From positions 408,580,001 to 408,644,000 of the forward strand of contig OZ024741.1 of assembly GCA_964016885.1 (NCBI GenBank): DNA of 64,000 nt, in the 5' to 3' direction. Position 1 is the first letter of the stretch. Every line of letters begins with the position of its first letter. This document shows, one piece after another, positions 36,440-52,700 of this stretch. A program made the translations under genes and the position numbers. Origin of the DNA: Eledone cirrhosa (lineage: Eukaryota). Under the pieces are notes generated by a model. It had not been told where the DNA came from, made no database searches, and worked only from the letters and a program-made list of their open reading frames with translations.

Positions 36440-36489
36440 TGTTTCTACTTTAGGCACAATGCCAGCAATTACCCAGTGCATTACTGGTA
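36440..36489. repeat. 50-bp non-satellite insert, copy 1 (AATGCC allele); possible SINE-derived fragment
   Basis: TGTTTCTACTTTAGGCACAATGCCAGCAATTACCCAGTGCATTACTGGTA sits between CAGATAAT and CTAGGACC and replaces ACACACAT (net +42 bp, matching the phase shift). The insert is seen directly; its SINE origin is recollection, not a search result. Confidence 0.95.
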
Positions 36490-39400
36490 CTAGGACCACA
36501 TACAACACATAATCAGATAATACACACATCTAGGACCACATACAACACATAATCAGATAATACACACATCTAGGACCACATTTAACACATAATCAGATAA
36601 TAGACACATCTAGGACCACATACAACACATAATCAGATAATACACACATCTAGGACCACATACAACACATAATCAGATAATACACACATCTAGAACCACA
36701 TACAACACATAATCAGATAACACAGACAGCTAGGACGATATACAACACATAATCAGATAATACACACATCTAGGACCACATATAACACATAATCAGATAA
36801 TACACACATCTAGGACTACATACAACACATAATCAGATAATACACACATCTAGGACCACATACAACACATAATCAGATAATACACACATCTAGAACCACA
36901 TACAACACATAATCAGGTAATACACACATCTAGGACCACATTTAACACATAATCAGATAATACACACATCTAGAACCACATATAACACATAATCAGATAA
37001 TACACACATCTAGGACCACATACAACACATAATCAGATAATACACACATCTAGGACCACATACAACACATAATCAGATAATACACACATCTAGGACCACA
37101 TATAACACATAATCAGATAATACACACATCTAGGACCACATATAACACATAATCATATAATACACACATCTAGGACCACATACAACACATAATCAGATAA
37201 TACACACATCTAGGACCACATACAACACATAATCAGATAATACACACATCTAGGACCACATACAACACATAATCAGATAATACACACATGTAGGACCACA
37301 TACAACACATAATCAGATAATAAACACATCTAGGACCACATACAACACATAATCAGATAATACACATTTCTAGGACCACATATAACACATATTCAGATAA
37401 TACACTAATCTAGGACCACATACAACACATAATCAGATAATACACACATCTAGGACCACATACAACATATAATCAGATAATACACACATCTAGGACCACA
37501 TACAACACATAATCAGATAATACACACATCTAGGACCACATACAACACATAATCAGATAATACAAACATCTAGGACCACATACAACACATAATCAGATAA
37601 TACACACATCTAGGACCACATACAACACATAATCAGAAAATACACACACATCTAGGACCACATACAACACATAATCAGATAATACACACATCTAGGACCA
37701 CATACAACACATAATCAGATAATACACACATCTAGGACCACATACAACACATAATCAGATAATACACACACATCTAGGACCACATACAACACATAATCAG
37801 ATAATACACACATCTAGGACCACATACAACACATAATCAGATAACACACACATCTAGGACCACATACAACACATAATCAGATAATACACACATCTAGGAC
37901 CACATTTAACACATAATCAGATAATACACACATCTAGGACCACATATAACACATAATCAGATAATACACACATCTAGGACCATATACAACACATAATCAG
38001 ATAATACACACATCTACGACCACATACAACACATAATCAGATAATACACACATCTAGGACCACATTTAACACATAATCAGATAATACACACATCTAGGAC
38101 CACATTTAACACATAATCAGATAATACACACATCTAGGACTACATATAACACATAATCAGATAATACACACATCTAGGACCACATTTAACACATAATCAG
38201 ATAATACACACATCTAGGACCACATATAACACATAATCAGATAATACACACATCTAGGACCACATATAACACATAATCAGATAATACACACGTCTAGGAC
38301 CACATTTAACACATAATCAGATAATACACACATCTAGGACCACATATAACACATAATCAGATAATACACACATCTAGGACCACATTTAACACATAATCAG
38401 ATAATACACACATCTAGGACCACATATAACACATAATCAGATAATACACACATCTAGGACCACATATAACACATAATCAGATAATACACACATCTAGGAC
38501 CACATATAACACATAATCAGATAATACACACATCTAGGACAACATTTAACACATAATCAGATAATACACACATCTAGGACCACATATAACACATAATCAG
38601 ATAATACACACATCTAGGACCACATACAACACATAATCAGATAATACACACATCTAGGACCACATTTAACACATAATCAGATAATACACACATCTAGGAC
38701 CACATATAACACATAATCAGATAATACACACATCTAGGACCACATACAACACATAATCAGATAATACACACATCTAGAACCACATACAACACATAATCAG
38801 ATAATACACACATCTAGGACCACATACAACACATAATCAGATAATACACACATCTAGGACCACATACAACACATAATCAGATAATACACACATCTAGGAC
38901 CACATACAACACATAATCAGATAATAAACACATCTAGGACCACATACAACACATAATCAGATAATACACATTTCTAGGACCACATATAACACATACTCAG
39001 ATAATACACACATCTAGGACCACATACAACACATAATCAGATAATACACACATCTAGGACCACATACAACATATAATCAGATAATACACACATCTAGGAC
39101 CACATACAACACATAATCAGATAATACACACATCTAGGACCACATACAACACATAATCAGATAATACACACATCTAGGACCACATACAACACATAATCAG
39201 ATAATACACACATCTAGGACCACATACAACACATAATCAGATAATACACACACATCTAGGACCACATACAACACATAATCAGATAATACACACATCTAGG
39301 ACCACATACAAGACATAATCAGATAATACACACATCTAGGACCACATACAACACATAATCAGATAATACACACATCTAGAACCACATACAACACATAATC

Positions 39401-42400
39401 AGATAATAGACACATCTAGGACCACATACAACACATAATCAGATAATACACACACATCTAGGACCACATACAACACATAATCATATAATACACACATCTA
39501 GGACCACATACAACACATAATCAGATAATACACACATCTAGGACGATATACAACACATAATCAGATAATACACACATCTAGGGCCACATACAACACATAA
39601 TCAGATAATACACACATCTAGGACCACATACAACACATAATCAGATAATACACACATCTAGGACCACATACAACACATAATCAGATAATACACACATCTA
39701 GGACCACATATAACACATAATCAGATAATACACACATCTAGGACCACATATAACACATAATCATATAATACACACATCTAGGACCACATACAACACATAA
39801 TCAGATAATACACACATCTAGGACCACATACAACACATAATCAGGTAATACACACATCTAGGACCACATTTAACACATAATCAGATAATACACACATCTA
39901 GAACCACATATAACACATAATCAGATAATACACACATCTAGGACCACATACAACACATAATCAGATAATACACACATCTAGGACCACATACAACACATAA
40001 TCAGATAATACACACATCTAGGACCACATATAACACATAATCAGATAATACACACATCTAGGACCACATATAACACATAATCATATAATACACACATCTA
40101 GGACCACATACAACACATAATCAGATAATACACACATCTAGGACCACATACAACACATAATCAGATAATACACACATCTAGGACCACATACAACACATAA
40201 TCAGATAATACACACATCTAGGACCACATACAACACATAATCAGATAATAAACACATCTAGGACCACATACAACACATAATCAGATAATACACATTTATA
40301 GGACCACATATAACACATATTCAGATAATACACACATCTAGGACCACATACAACACATAATCAGATAATACACACATCTAGGACCACATACAACACATAA
40401 TCAGATAATACACACATCTAGGACCACATTTAACACATAATCAGATAATACACACATCTAGGACCACATATAACAAATAATCAGATAATACACACATCTA
40501 GGACCACATTTAACACATAATCAGATAATACACACATCTAGGACCACATATAACAAATAATCAGATAATACACACATCTAGGACCACATTTAACACATAA
40601 TCAGATAATACACACATCTAGGACCACATATAACACATAATCAGATAATACACACATCTAGGACCACATATAACACATAATCAGATAATACACACATCTA
40701 GGACCACATTTAACACATAATCAGATAATAAACACATCTAGGACCACATTTAACACATAATCAGATAATACACACATCTAGGACCACATATAACACATAA
40801 TCAGATAATACACACATCTAGGACCACATTTAACACATAATCAGATAATACACACATCTAGGACCACATATAACACATAATCAGATAATACACACATCTA
40901 GGACCACATACAACACATAATCAGATAATACACACATCTAGGACCACATTTAACACATAATCAGATAATACACACATCTAGGACCACATATAACACATAA
41001 TCAGATAATACACACATCTAGGACCACATACAACACATAATCAGATAATACACACATCTAGGACCACATACAACACATAATCAGATAATACACACATCTA
41101 GCATCACATACAACACATAATCAGATAATACACACATCTAGGACCACATATAACACATAATCAGATAATACACACATCTAGGACCACATACAACACATAA
41201 TCAGATAATACACACATCTAGGACCACATACAACATATAATCAGATAATACACACATCTAGGACCACATACAACATATAATCAGATAATACACACATCTA
41301 GGACCACATATAACACATAATCAGATAATACACACATCTAGGACCACATACAACACATAATCAGATAATACACACATCTAGGACCACATACAACACATAA
41401 TCAGATAATACACACATCTAGGACCACATTTAACACATAATCAGATAATACACGCATCTAGGACCACATTTAACACATAATCAGATAATACACACATCTA
41501 GGACCACATACAACACATAATCAGATAATACACACATCTAGGACCACAAACAACACATAATCAGATAATACACACATCTAGAACCACATACAACACATAA
41601 TCAGATAATACACACATCTAGGACGATATACAACACATAATCAGACAATACACACATCTAGGACCACATATAACACATAATCAGATAATACACACATCTA
41701 GGACTACATACAACACATAATCAGATAATACACACATCTAGGACCACATACAACACATAATCAGATAATACACACATCTAGGACCACATACAACACACAA
41801 TCAGATAATACACACATCTAGAACGACATACAACACATAATCAGATAATACACACATCTAGGACCACATATAACACATAATCAGATAATACACACACATC
41901 TAGGACCACATACAACATATTAATCAGATAATACACACATCTAGGACCACATACAACACATAATCAGATAATACACACATCTAGGACCACATACAACACA
42001 TAATCAGATAATACACACATCTAGGACCACATACAACACATAATCAGATAATACACACATCTAGGACGATATACAACACATAATCAGATAATACACACAT
42101 CTAGGGCCACATACAACACATAATCAGATAATACACACATCTAGGGCCACATGCAACACATAATCAGATAATACACACATCTAGGACCACATACAACACA
42201 TAATCAGATAATACACACATCTAGGACCACATACAACACATAATCAGATAATACACACATCTAGGACCACATACAACACATAATCAGATAATACACACAT
42301 CTAGGACCACATACAACACATAATCACATAATACACACATCTAGGACCACATACAACACATAATCAGATAATACACACATCTAGGACCACATACAGCACA

Positions 42401-42492
42401 TAATCAGATAATACACACATCTAGCACCACATACAACACATAATCAGATAATACACACATCTAGGACCACATATAACACATAATCAGATAAT

Positions 42493-42542
42493 TGTTTCTA
42501 CTTTAGGCACAAGGCCAGCAATTACCCAGTGCATTACTGGTA
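42493..42542. repeat. 50-bp non-satellite insert, copy 2 (AAGGCC allele)
   Basis: Same sequence and junctions as copy 1 except G in CACAAGGCC. The downstream context differs from the other copies. Confidence 0.95.
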
Positions 42543-44496
42543 CTAGGACCACATACAACACATAATCAGATAATACACACATTCTTGAACCACATACAAC
42601 ACATAATCAGATAATACACACATCTAGGACCACATACAACACATAATCAGATAATACACACATCTAGGACCACATACAACACATAATCAGATAATACACA
42701 CATCTAGGGCCACATACATCACATAATCAGATAATACACACATCTAGGACCACATACAACACATAATCAGATAATACACACATCTAGGACCACATACAAA
42801 ACATAATCAGATAATACAAACATCTAGAAACACATACAACACATAATCAGATAATACACACATCTAGGACCACATTTAACACATAATCAGATAATACACA
42901 CATCTAGAACCACATATACACATAATCAGATAATACACACATCTAGGACCACATACAACACATAATCAGATAATACACACATCTAGAACCACATACAACA
43001 CATAATCAGATAATACACACATCTAGGACGATATACAACACATAATCAGATAATACACACATCTAGGACCACATATAACACATAATCAGATAATACACAC
43101 ATCTAGGACTACATACAACACATAATCAGATAATACACACATCTAGGACCACATACAACACATAATCAGATAATACACACATCTAGGACCACATACAACA
43201 CATAATCAGATAATACACACATCTAGAACCACATACAACACATAATCAGATAATACACACATCTAGGACCACATACAACACATAATCAGATAATACACAC
43301 ACATCTAGGACCACATACAGCACATAATCAGATAATACACACATCTAGGACGATATACAACACATAATCAGATAATACACACATCTAGGGCCACATACAA
43401 CACATAATCAGATAATACACACATCTAGGGCCACATTTAACACATAATCAGATAATACACACATCTAGGACCACATACAACACATAATCAGATAATACAC
43501 ACATCTAGGACCAGATATAACACATAATCAGATAATACACACATCTAGGACCCCATATAACACATAATCAGATAATACACACATCTAGGACCACATACAA
43601 CACATAATCAGATAATACACACATCTAGGCCCACATACAACACATAATCAGATAATACACACATCTAGGACCACATTTAACACATAATCAGATAATACAC
43701 ACATCTAGGACCACATTTAACACATAATCAGATAATACACACATCTAGGACCACATATAACAAATAATCAGATAATACACACATCTAGGACCACATTTAA
43801 CACATAATCAGATAATACACACATCTAGGACCACATATAACACATAATCAGATAATACACACATCTAGGACCACATATAACACATAATCAGATAATACAC
43901 ACATCTAGGACCACATTTAACACATAATCAGATAATAAACACATCTAGGACCACATTTAACACATAATCAGATAATACACACATCTAGGACCACATATAA
44001 CACATAATCAGATAATACACACATCTAGGACCACATTTAACACATAATCAGATAATACACACATCTAGGACCACATATAACACATAATCAGATAATACAC
44101 ACATCTAGGACCACATACAACACATAATCAGATAATACACACATCTAGGACCACATTTAACACATAATCAGATAATACACACATCTAGGACCACATATAA
44201 CACATAATCAGATAATACACACATCTAGGACCACATACAACACATAATCAGATAATACACACATCTAGAACGACATACAACACATAATCAGATAATACAC
44301 ACATCTAGGACGATATACAACACATAATCAGATAATACACACATCTAGGACCACATACAACACATAATCAGATAATACACACATCTAGGACCACATACAG
44401 CACATAATCAGATAATACACACATCTAGCACCACATACAACACATAATCAGATAATACACACATCTAGGACCACATATAACACATAATCAGATAAT

Positions 44497-44546
44497 TGTT
44501 TCTACTTTAGGCACAATGCCAGCAATTACCCAGTGCATTACTGGTA
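44497..44546. repeat. 50-bp non-satellite insert, copy 3 (AATGCC allele)
   Basis: Identical to copy 1 and 8057 bp downstream of it, with matching flanking variant monomers. Confidence 0.95.
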
Positions 44547-47500
44547 CTAGGACCACATACAACACATAATCAGATAATACACACATCTAGGACCACATAC
44601 AACACATAATCAGATAATACACACATCTAGGACCACATTTAACACATAATCAGATAATAGACACATCTAGGACCACATACAACACATAATCAGATAATAC
44701 ACACATCTAGGACCACATACAACACATAATCAGATAATACACACATCTAGAACCACATACAACACATAATCAGATAACACAGACAGCTAGGACGATATAC
44801 AACACATAATCAGATAATACACACATCTAGGACCACATATAACACATAATCAGATAATACACACATCTAGGACTACATACAACACATAATCAGATAATAC
44901 ACACATCTAGGACCACATACAACACATAATCAGATAATACACACATCTAGAACCACATACAACACATAATCAGGTAATACACACATCTAGGACCACATTT
45001 AACACATAATCAGATAATACACACATCTAGAACCACATATAACACATAATCAGATAATACACACATCTAGGACCACATACAACACATAATCAGATAATAC
45101 ACACATCTAGGACCACATACAACACATAATCAGATAATACACACATCTAGGACCACATATAACACATAATCAGATAATACACACATCTAGGACCACATAT
45201 AACACATAATCATATAATACACACATCTAGGACCACATACAACACATAATCAGATAATACACACATCTAGGACCACATACAACACATAATCAGATAATAC
45301 ACACATCTAGGACCACATACAACACATAATCAGATAATACACACATGTAGGACCACATACAACACATAATCAGATAATAAACACATCTAGGACCACATAC
45401 AACACATAATCAGATAATACACATTTCTAGGACCACATATAACACATATTCAGATAATACACTAATCTAGGACCACATACAACACATAATCAGATAATAC
45501 ACACATCTAGGACCACATACAACATATAATCAGATAATACACACATCTAGGACCACATACAACACATAATCAGATAATACACACATCTAGGACCACATAC
45601 AACACATAATCAGATAATACAAACATCTAGGACCACATACAACACATAATCAGATAATACACACATCTAGGACCACATACAACACATAATCAGAAAATAC
45701 ACACACATCTAGGACCACATACAACACATAATCAGATAATACACACATCTAGGACCACATACAACACATAATCAGATAATACACACATCTAGGACCACAT
45801 ACAACACATAATCAGATAATACACACACATCTAGGACCACATACAACACATAATCAGATAATACACACATCTAGGACCACATACAACACATAATCAGATA
45901 ACACACACATCTAGGACCACATACAACACATAATCAGATAATACACACATCTAGGACCACATTTAACACATAATCAGATAATACACACATCTAGGACCAC
46001 ATATAACACATAATCAGATAATACACACATCTAGGACCATATACAACACATAATCAGATAATACACACATCTACGACCACATACAACACATAATCAGATA
46101 ATACACACATCTAGGACCACATTTAACACATAATCAGATAATACACACATCTAGGACCACATTTAACACATAATCAGATAATACACACATCTAGGACTAC
46201 ATATAACACATAATCAGATAATACACACATCTAGGACCACATTTAACACATAATCAGATAATACACACATCTAGGACCACATATAACACATAATCAGATA
46301 ATACACACATCTAGGACCACATATAACACATAATCAGATAATACACACGTCTAGGACCACATTTAACACATAATCAGATAATACACACATCTAGGACCAC
46401 ATATAACACATAATCAGATAATACACACATCTAGGACCACATTTAACACATAATCAGATAATACACACATCTAGGACCACATATAACACATAATCAGATA
46501 ATACACACATCTAGGACCACATATAACACATAATCAGATAATACACACATCTAGGACCACATATAACACATAATCAGATAATACACACATCTAGGACAAC
46601 ATTTAACACATAATCAGATAATACACACATCTAGGACCACATATAACACATAATCAGATAATACACACATCTAGGACCACATACAACACATAATCAGATA
46701 ATACACACATCTAGGACCACATTTAACACATAATCAGATAATACACACATCTAGGACCACATATAACACATAATCAGATAATACACACATCTAGGACCAC
46801 ATACAACACATAATCAGATAATACACACATCTAGAACCACATACAACACATAATCAGATAATACACACATCTAGGACCACATACAACACATAATCAGATA
46901 ATACACACATCTAGGACCACATACAACACATAATCAGATAATACACACATCTAGGACCACATACAACACATAATCAGATAATAAACACATCTAGGACCAC
47001 ATACAACACATAATCAGATAATACACATTTCTAGGACCACATATAACACATACTCAGATAATACACACATCTAGGACCACATACAACACATAATCAGATA
47101 ATACACACATCTAGGACCACATACAACATATAATCAGATAATACACACATCTAGGACCACATACAACACATAATCAGATAATACACACATCTAGGACCAC
47201 ATACAACACATAATCAGATAATACACACATCTAGGACCACATACAACACATAATCAGATAATACACACATCTAGGACCACATACAACACATAATCAGATA
47301 ATACACACACATCTAGGACCACATACAACACATAATCAGATAATACACACATCTAGGACCACATACAAGACATAATCAGATAATACACACATCTAGGACC
47401 ACATACAACACATAATCAGATAATACACACATCTAGAACCACATACAACACATAATCAGATAATAGACACATCTAGGACCACATACAACACATAATCAGA

Positions 47501-49746
47501 TAATACACACACATCTAGGACCACATACAACACATAATCATATAATACACACATCTAGGACCACATACAACACATAATCAGATAATACACACATCTAGGA
47601 CGATATACAACACATAATCAGATAATACACACATCTAGGGCCACATACAACACATAATCAGATAATACACACATCTAGGACCACATACAACACATAATCA
47701 GATAATACACACATCTAGGACCACATACAACACATAATCAGATAATACACACATCTAGGACCACATATAACACATAATCAGATAATACACACATCTAGGA
47801 CCACATATAACACATAATCATATAATACACACATCTAGGACCACATACAACACATAATCAGATAATACACACATCTAGGACCACATACAACACATAATCA
47901 GGTAATACACACATCTAGGACCACATTTAACACATAATCAGATAATACACACATCTAGAACCACATATAACACATAATCAGATAATACACACATCTAGGA
48001 CCACATACAACACATAATCAGATAATACACACATCTAGGACCACATACAACACATAATCAGATAATACACACATCTAGGACCACATATAACACATAATCA
48101 GATAATACACACATCTAGGACCACATATAACACATAATCATATAATACACACATCTAGGACCACATACAACACATAATCAGATAATACACACATCTAGGA
48201 CCACATACAACACATAATCAGATAATACACACATCTAGGACCACATACAACACATAATCAGATAATACACACATCTAGGACCACATACAACACATAATCA
48301 GATAATAAACACATCTAGGACCACATACAACACATAATCAGATAATACACATTTATAGGACCACATATAACACATATTCAGATAATACACACATCTAGGA
48401 CCACATACAACACATAATCAGATAATACACACATCTAGGACCACATACAACACATAATCAGATAATACACACATCTAGGACCACATTTAACACATAATCA
48501 GATAATACACACATCTAGGACCACATATAACACATAATCAGATAATACACACATCTAGGACCACATTTAACACATAATCAGATAATACACACATCTAGGA
48601 CCACATATAACACATAATCAGATAATACACACATCTAGGACCACATATAAAACATAATCAGATAATACACACATCTAGGACCACATATAACACATAATCA
48701 GATAATACACACATCTAGGACAACATTTAACACATAATCAGATAATACACACATCTAGGACCACATATAACACATAATCAGATAATACACACATCTAGGA
48801 CCACATACAACACATAATCAGATAATACACACATCTAGGACCACATTTAACACATAATCAGATAATACACACATCTAGGACCACATATAACACATAATCA
48901 GATAATACACACATCTAGGACCACATACAACACATAATCAGATAATACACACATCTAGGACCACATTTAACACATAATCAGATAATACACACATCTAGGA
49001 CCACATATAACAAATAATCAGATAATACACACATCTAGGACCACATTTAATACATAATCAGATAATACACACATCTAGGACCACATATAACACATAATCA
49101 GATAATACACACATCTAGGACCACATATAACACATAATCAGATAATACACACATCTAGGACCACATTTAACACATAATCAGATAATAAACACATCTAGGA
49201 CCACATTTAACACATAATCAGATAATACACACATCTAGGACCACATATAACACATAATCAGATAATACACACATCTAGGACCACATTTAACACATAATCA
49301 GATAATACACACATCTAGGACCACATATAACACATAATCAGATAATACACACATCTAGGACCACATACAACACATAATCAGATAATACACACATCTAGGA
49401 CCACATTTAACACATAATCAGATAATACACACATCTAGGACCACATATAACACATAATCAGATAATACACACATCTAGGACCACATACAACACATAATCA
49501 GATAATACACACATCTAGAACGACATACAACACATAATCAGATAATACACACATCTAGGACGATATACAACACATAATCAGATAATACACACATCTAGGA
49601 CCACATACAACACATAATCAGATAATACACACATCTAGGACCACATACAGCACATAATCAGATAATACACACATCTAGCACCACATACAACACATAATCA
49701 GATAATACACACATCTAGGACCACATATAACACATAATCAGATAAT

Positions 49747-49796
49747 TGTTTCTACTTTAGGCACAAGGCCAGCAATTACCCAGTGCATTACTGGTA
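49747..49796. repeat. 50-bp non-satellite insert, copy 4 (AAGGCC allele)
   Basis: Identical to copy 2, with the same junctions. Confidence 0.95.
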
Positions 49797-52700
49797 CTAG
49801 GACCACATACAACACATAATCAGATAATACACACATCTAGGACCACATACAACACATAATCAGATAATACACACATCTAGGACCACATTTAACACATAAT
49901 CAGATAATAGACACATCTAGGACCACATACAACACATAATCAGATAATACACACATCTAGGACCACATACAACACATAATCAGATAATACACACATCTAG
50001 AACCACATACAACACATAATCAGATAACACAGACATCTAGGACGATATACAACACATAATCAGATAATACACACATCTAGGACCACATATAACACATAAT
50101 CAGATAATACACACATCTAGGACTACATACAACACATAATCAGATAATACACACATCTAGGACCACATACAACACATAATCAGATAATACACACATCTAG
50201 AACCACATACAACACATAATCAGGTAATACACACATCTAGGACCACATTTAACACATAATCAGATAATACACACATCTAGAACCACATATAACACATAAT
50301 CAGATAATACACACATCTAGGACCACATACAACACATAATCAGATAATACACACATCTAGGACCACATACAACACATAATCAGATAATACACACATCTAG
50401 GACCACATATAACACATAATCAGATAATACACACATCTAGGACCACATATAACACACAATCAGATAATACACACATCTAGGACCACATATAACACATAAT
50501 CATATAATACACACATCTAGGACCACATACAACACATAATCAGATAATACACACATCTAGGACCACATACAACACATAATCAGATAATACACACATCTAG
50601 GACCACATACAACACATAATCAGATAATACACACATCTAGGACCACATACAACACATAATCAGATAATACACACATCTAGGACCACATACAACACATAAT
50701 CAGATAACACAGACATCTAGGACGATATACAACACATAATCAGATAATACACACATCTAGGACCACATATAACACATAATCAGATAATACACACATCTAG
50801 GACTACATACAACACATAATCAGATAATACACACATCTAGGACCACATACAACACATAATCAGATAATACACACATCTAGGACCACATATAACACACAAT
50901 CAGATAATACACACATCTAGGACCACATATAACACATAATCATATAATACACACATCTAGGACCACATACAACACATAATCAGATAATACACACATCTAG
51001 GACCACATACAACACATAATCAGATAATACACACATCTAGGACCACATACAACACATAATCAGATAATACACACATCTAGGACCACATACAACACATAAT
51101 CAGATAATACACACATCTAGGACCACATACAACACATAATCAGATAATACACACATCTAGGACCACATACAACACATAATCAGATAATACACACATCTAG
51201 GATCACATACAACACATAATCAGATAATACAAACATGTAGGAACACATACAACACATAATCAGATAATACACACATGTAGGAACACATACAACACATAAT
51301 CAGATAATAAACACATCTAGGACCACATACAACGCATAATCAGATAATACACATTTCTAGGACCACATATAACACATATTCTGTTAATACACACATCTAG
51401 GACCACATACAACACATAATCAGATAATACACACATCTAGGACCACATACAACATATAATCAGATAATACACACATCTAGGACCACATACAACACATAAT
51501 CAGATAATACACACATCTAGGACCACATACAACACATAATCAGATAATACAAACATCTAGGACCACATACAACACATAATCAGATAATACACACATCTAG
51601 GACCACATACAACACATAATCAGATAATACACACACATCTAGTACCACATACAACACATAATCAGATAATACACACATCTAGGACCACATACAACACATA
51701 ATCAGATAATACACACATCTAGGACCACATACAACACATAATCAGATAATACACACACATCTAGGACCACATACAACACATAATCAGATAATACACACAT
51801 CTAGGACCACATACAACACATAATCAGATAACACACACATCTAGGACCACATACAACACATAATCAGATAATACACACATCTAGGACCACATTTAACACA
51901 TAATCAGATAATACACACATCTAGGACCACATATAACACATAATCAGATAATACACACATCTAGGACCATATACAACACATAATCAGATAATACACACAT
52001 CTACGACCACATACAACACATAATCAGATAATACACACATCTAGGACCACATTTAACACATAATCAGATAATACACACATCTAGGACCACATTTAACACA
52101 TAATCAGATAATACACACATCTAGGACTACATATAACACATAATCAGATAATACACACATCTAGGACCACATTTAACACATAATCAGATAATACACACAT
52201 CTAGGACCACATATAACACATAATCAGATAATACACACATCTAGGACCACATATAACACATAATCAGATAATACACACATCTAGGACCACATTTAACACA
52301 TAATCAGATAATACACACATCTAGGACCACATATAACACATAATCAGATAATACACACATCTAGGACCACATTAACACATAATCAGATAATACACACATC
52401 TAGGACCACATATAACACATAATCAGATAATACACACATCTAGGACCACATTTAACACATAATCAGATAATACACACATCTAGGACCACATATAACACAT
52501 AATCAGATAATACACACATCTAGGACCACATATAACACATAATCAGATAATACACACATCTAGGACCACATATAACACATAATCAGATAATACACACATC
52601 TAGGACAACATTTAACACATAATCAGATAATACACACATCTAGGACCACATATAACACATAATCAGATAATACACACATCTAGGACCACATACAACACAT

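Larger units (their letters stand above)
32620..48530 (+). repeat. Tandem duplication of a ~8-kb block (offset 7855 bp, then 8057 bp) carrying the 50-bp insert; boundaries approximate
   Basis: Offset 7855: CATATTAATC 34061/41916 and CATGCA G at 34298/42153. Offset 8057: GGACCAGATA 35451/43508, insert 36440/44497, CTACGACC 38014/46071, plus private markers ACAGACAGC, ACACTAATC, CAGAAAAT, CGTCTAGG and CATTTATAGG. Confidence 0.9.

Noticed and set aside
36450-36454. TTAGG in the insert and CTAGG in the monomer as telomeric repeats
   Set aside because: These are single isolated pentamers, not a tandem telomeric tract. A subtelomeric location cannot be judged from this window.
36473-36487. Rho-independent terminator or tRNA/ncRNA in the insert
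   Set aside because: The stem is short, there is no adjacent U-tract, cloverleaf or A/B box, and no gene context.
36440-36489. MITE or DNA transposon with terminal inverted repeats and TSD
   Set aside because: The ends (TGTTTC... and ...CTGGTA) are not inverted repeats and there is no target-site duplication.
36440-36493. Helitron 3' end (hairpin followed by CTAG)
   Set aside because: The CTAG belongs to the satellite monomer and is followed by G rather than T. The hairpin is only 2 nt from it, the left end is not TC, and 8 bp of target are lost. It is not fully excluded without a search.
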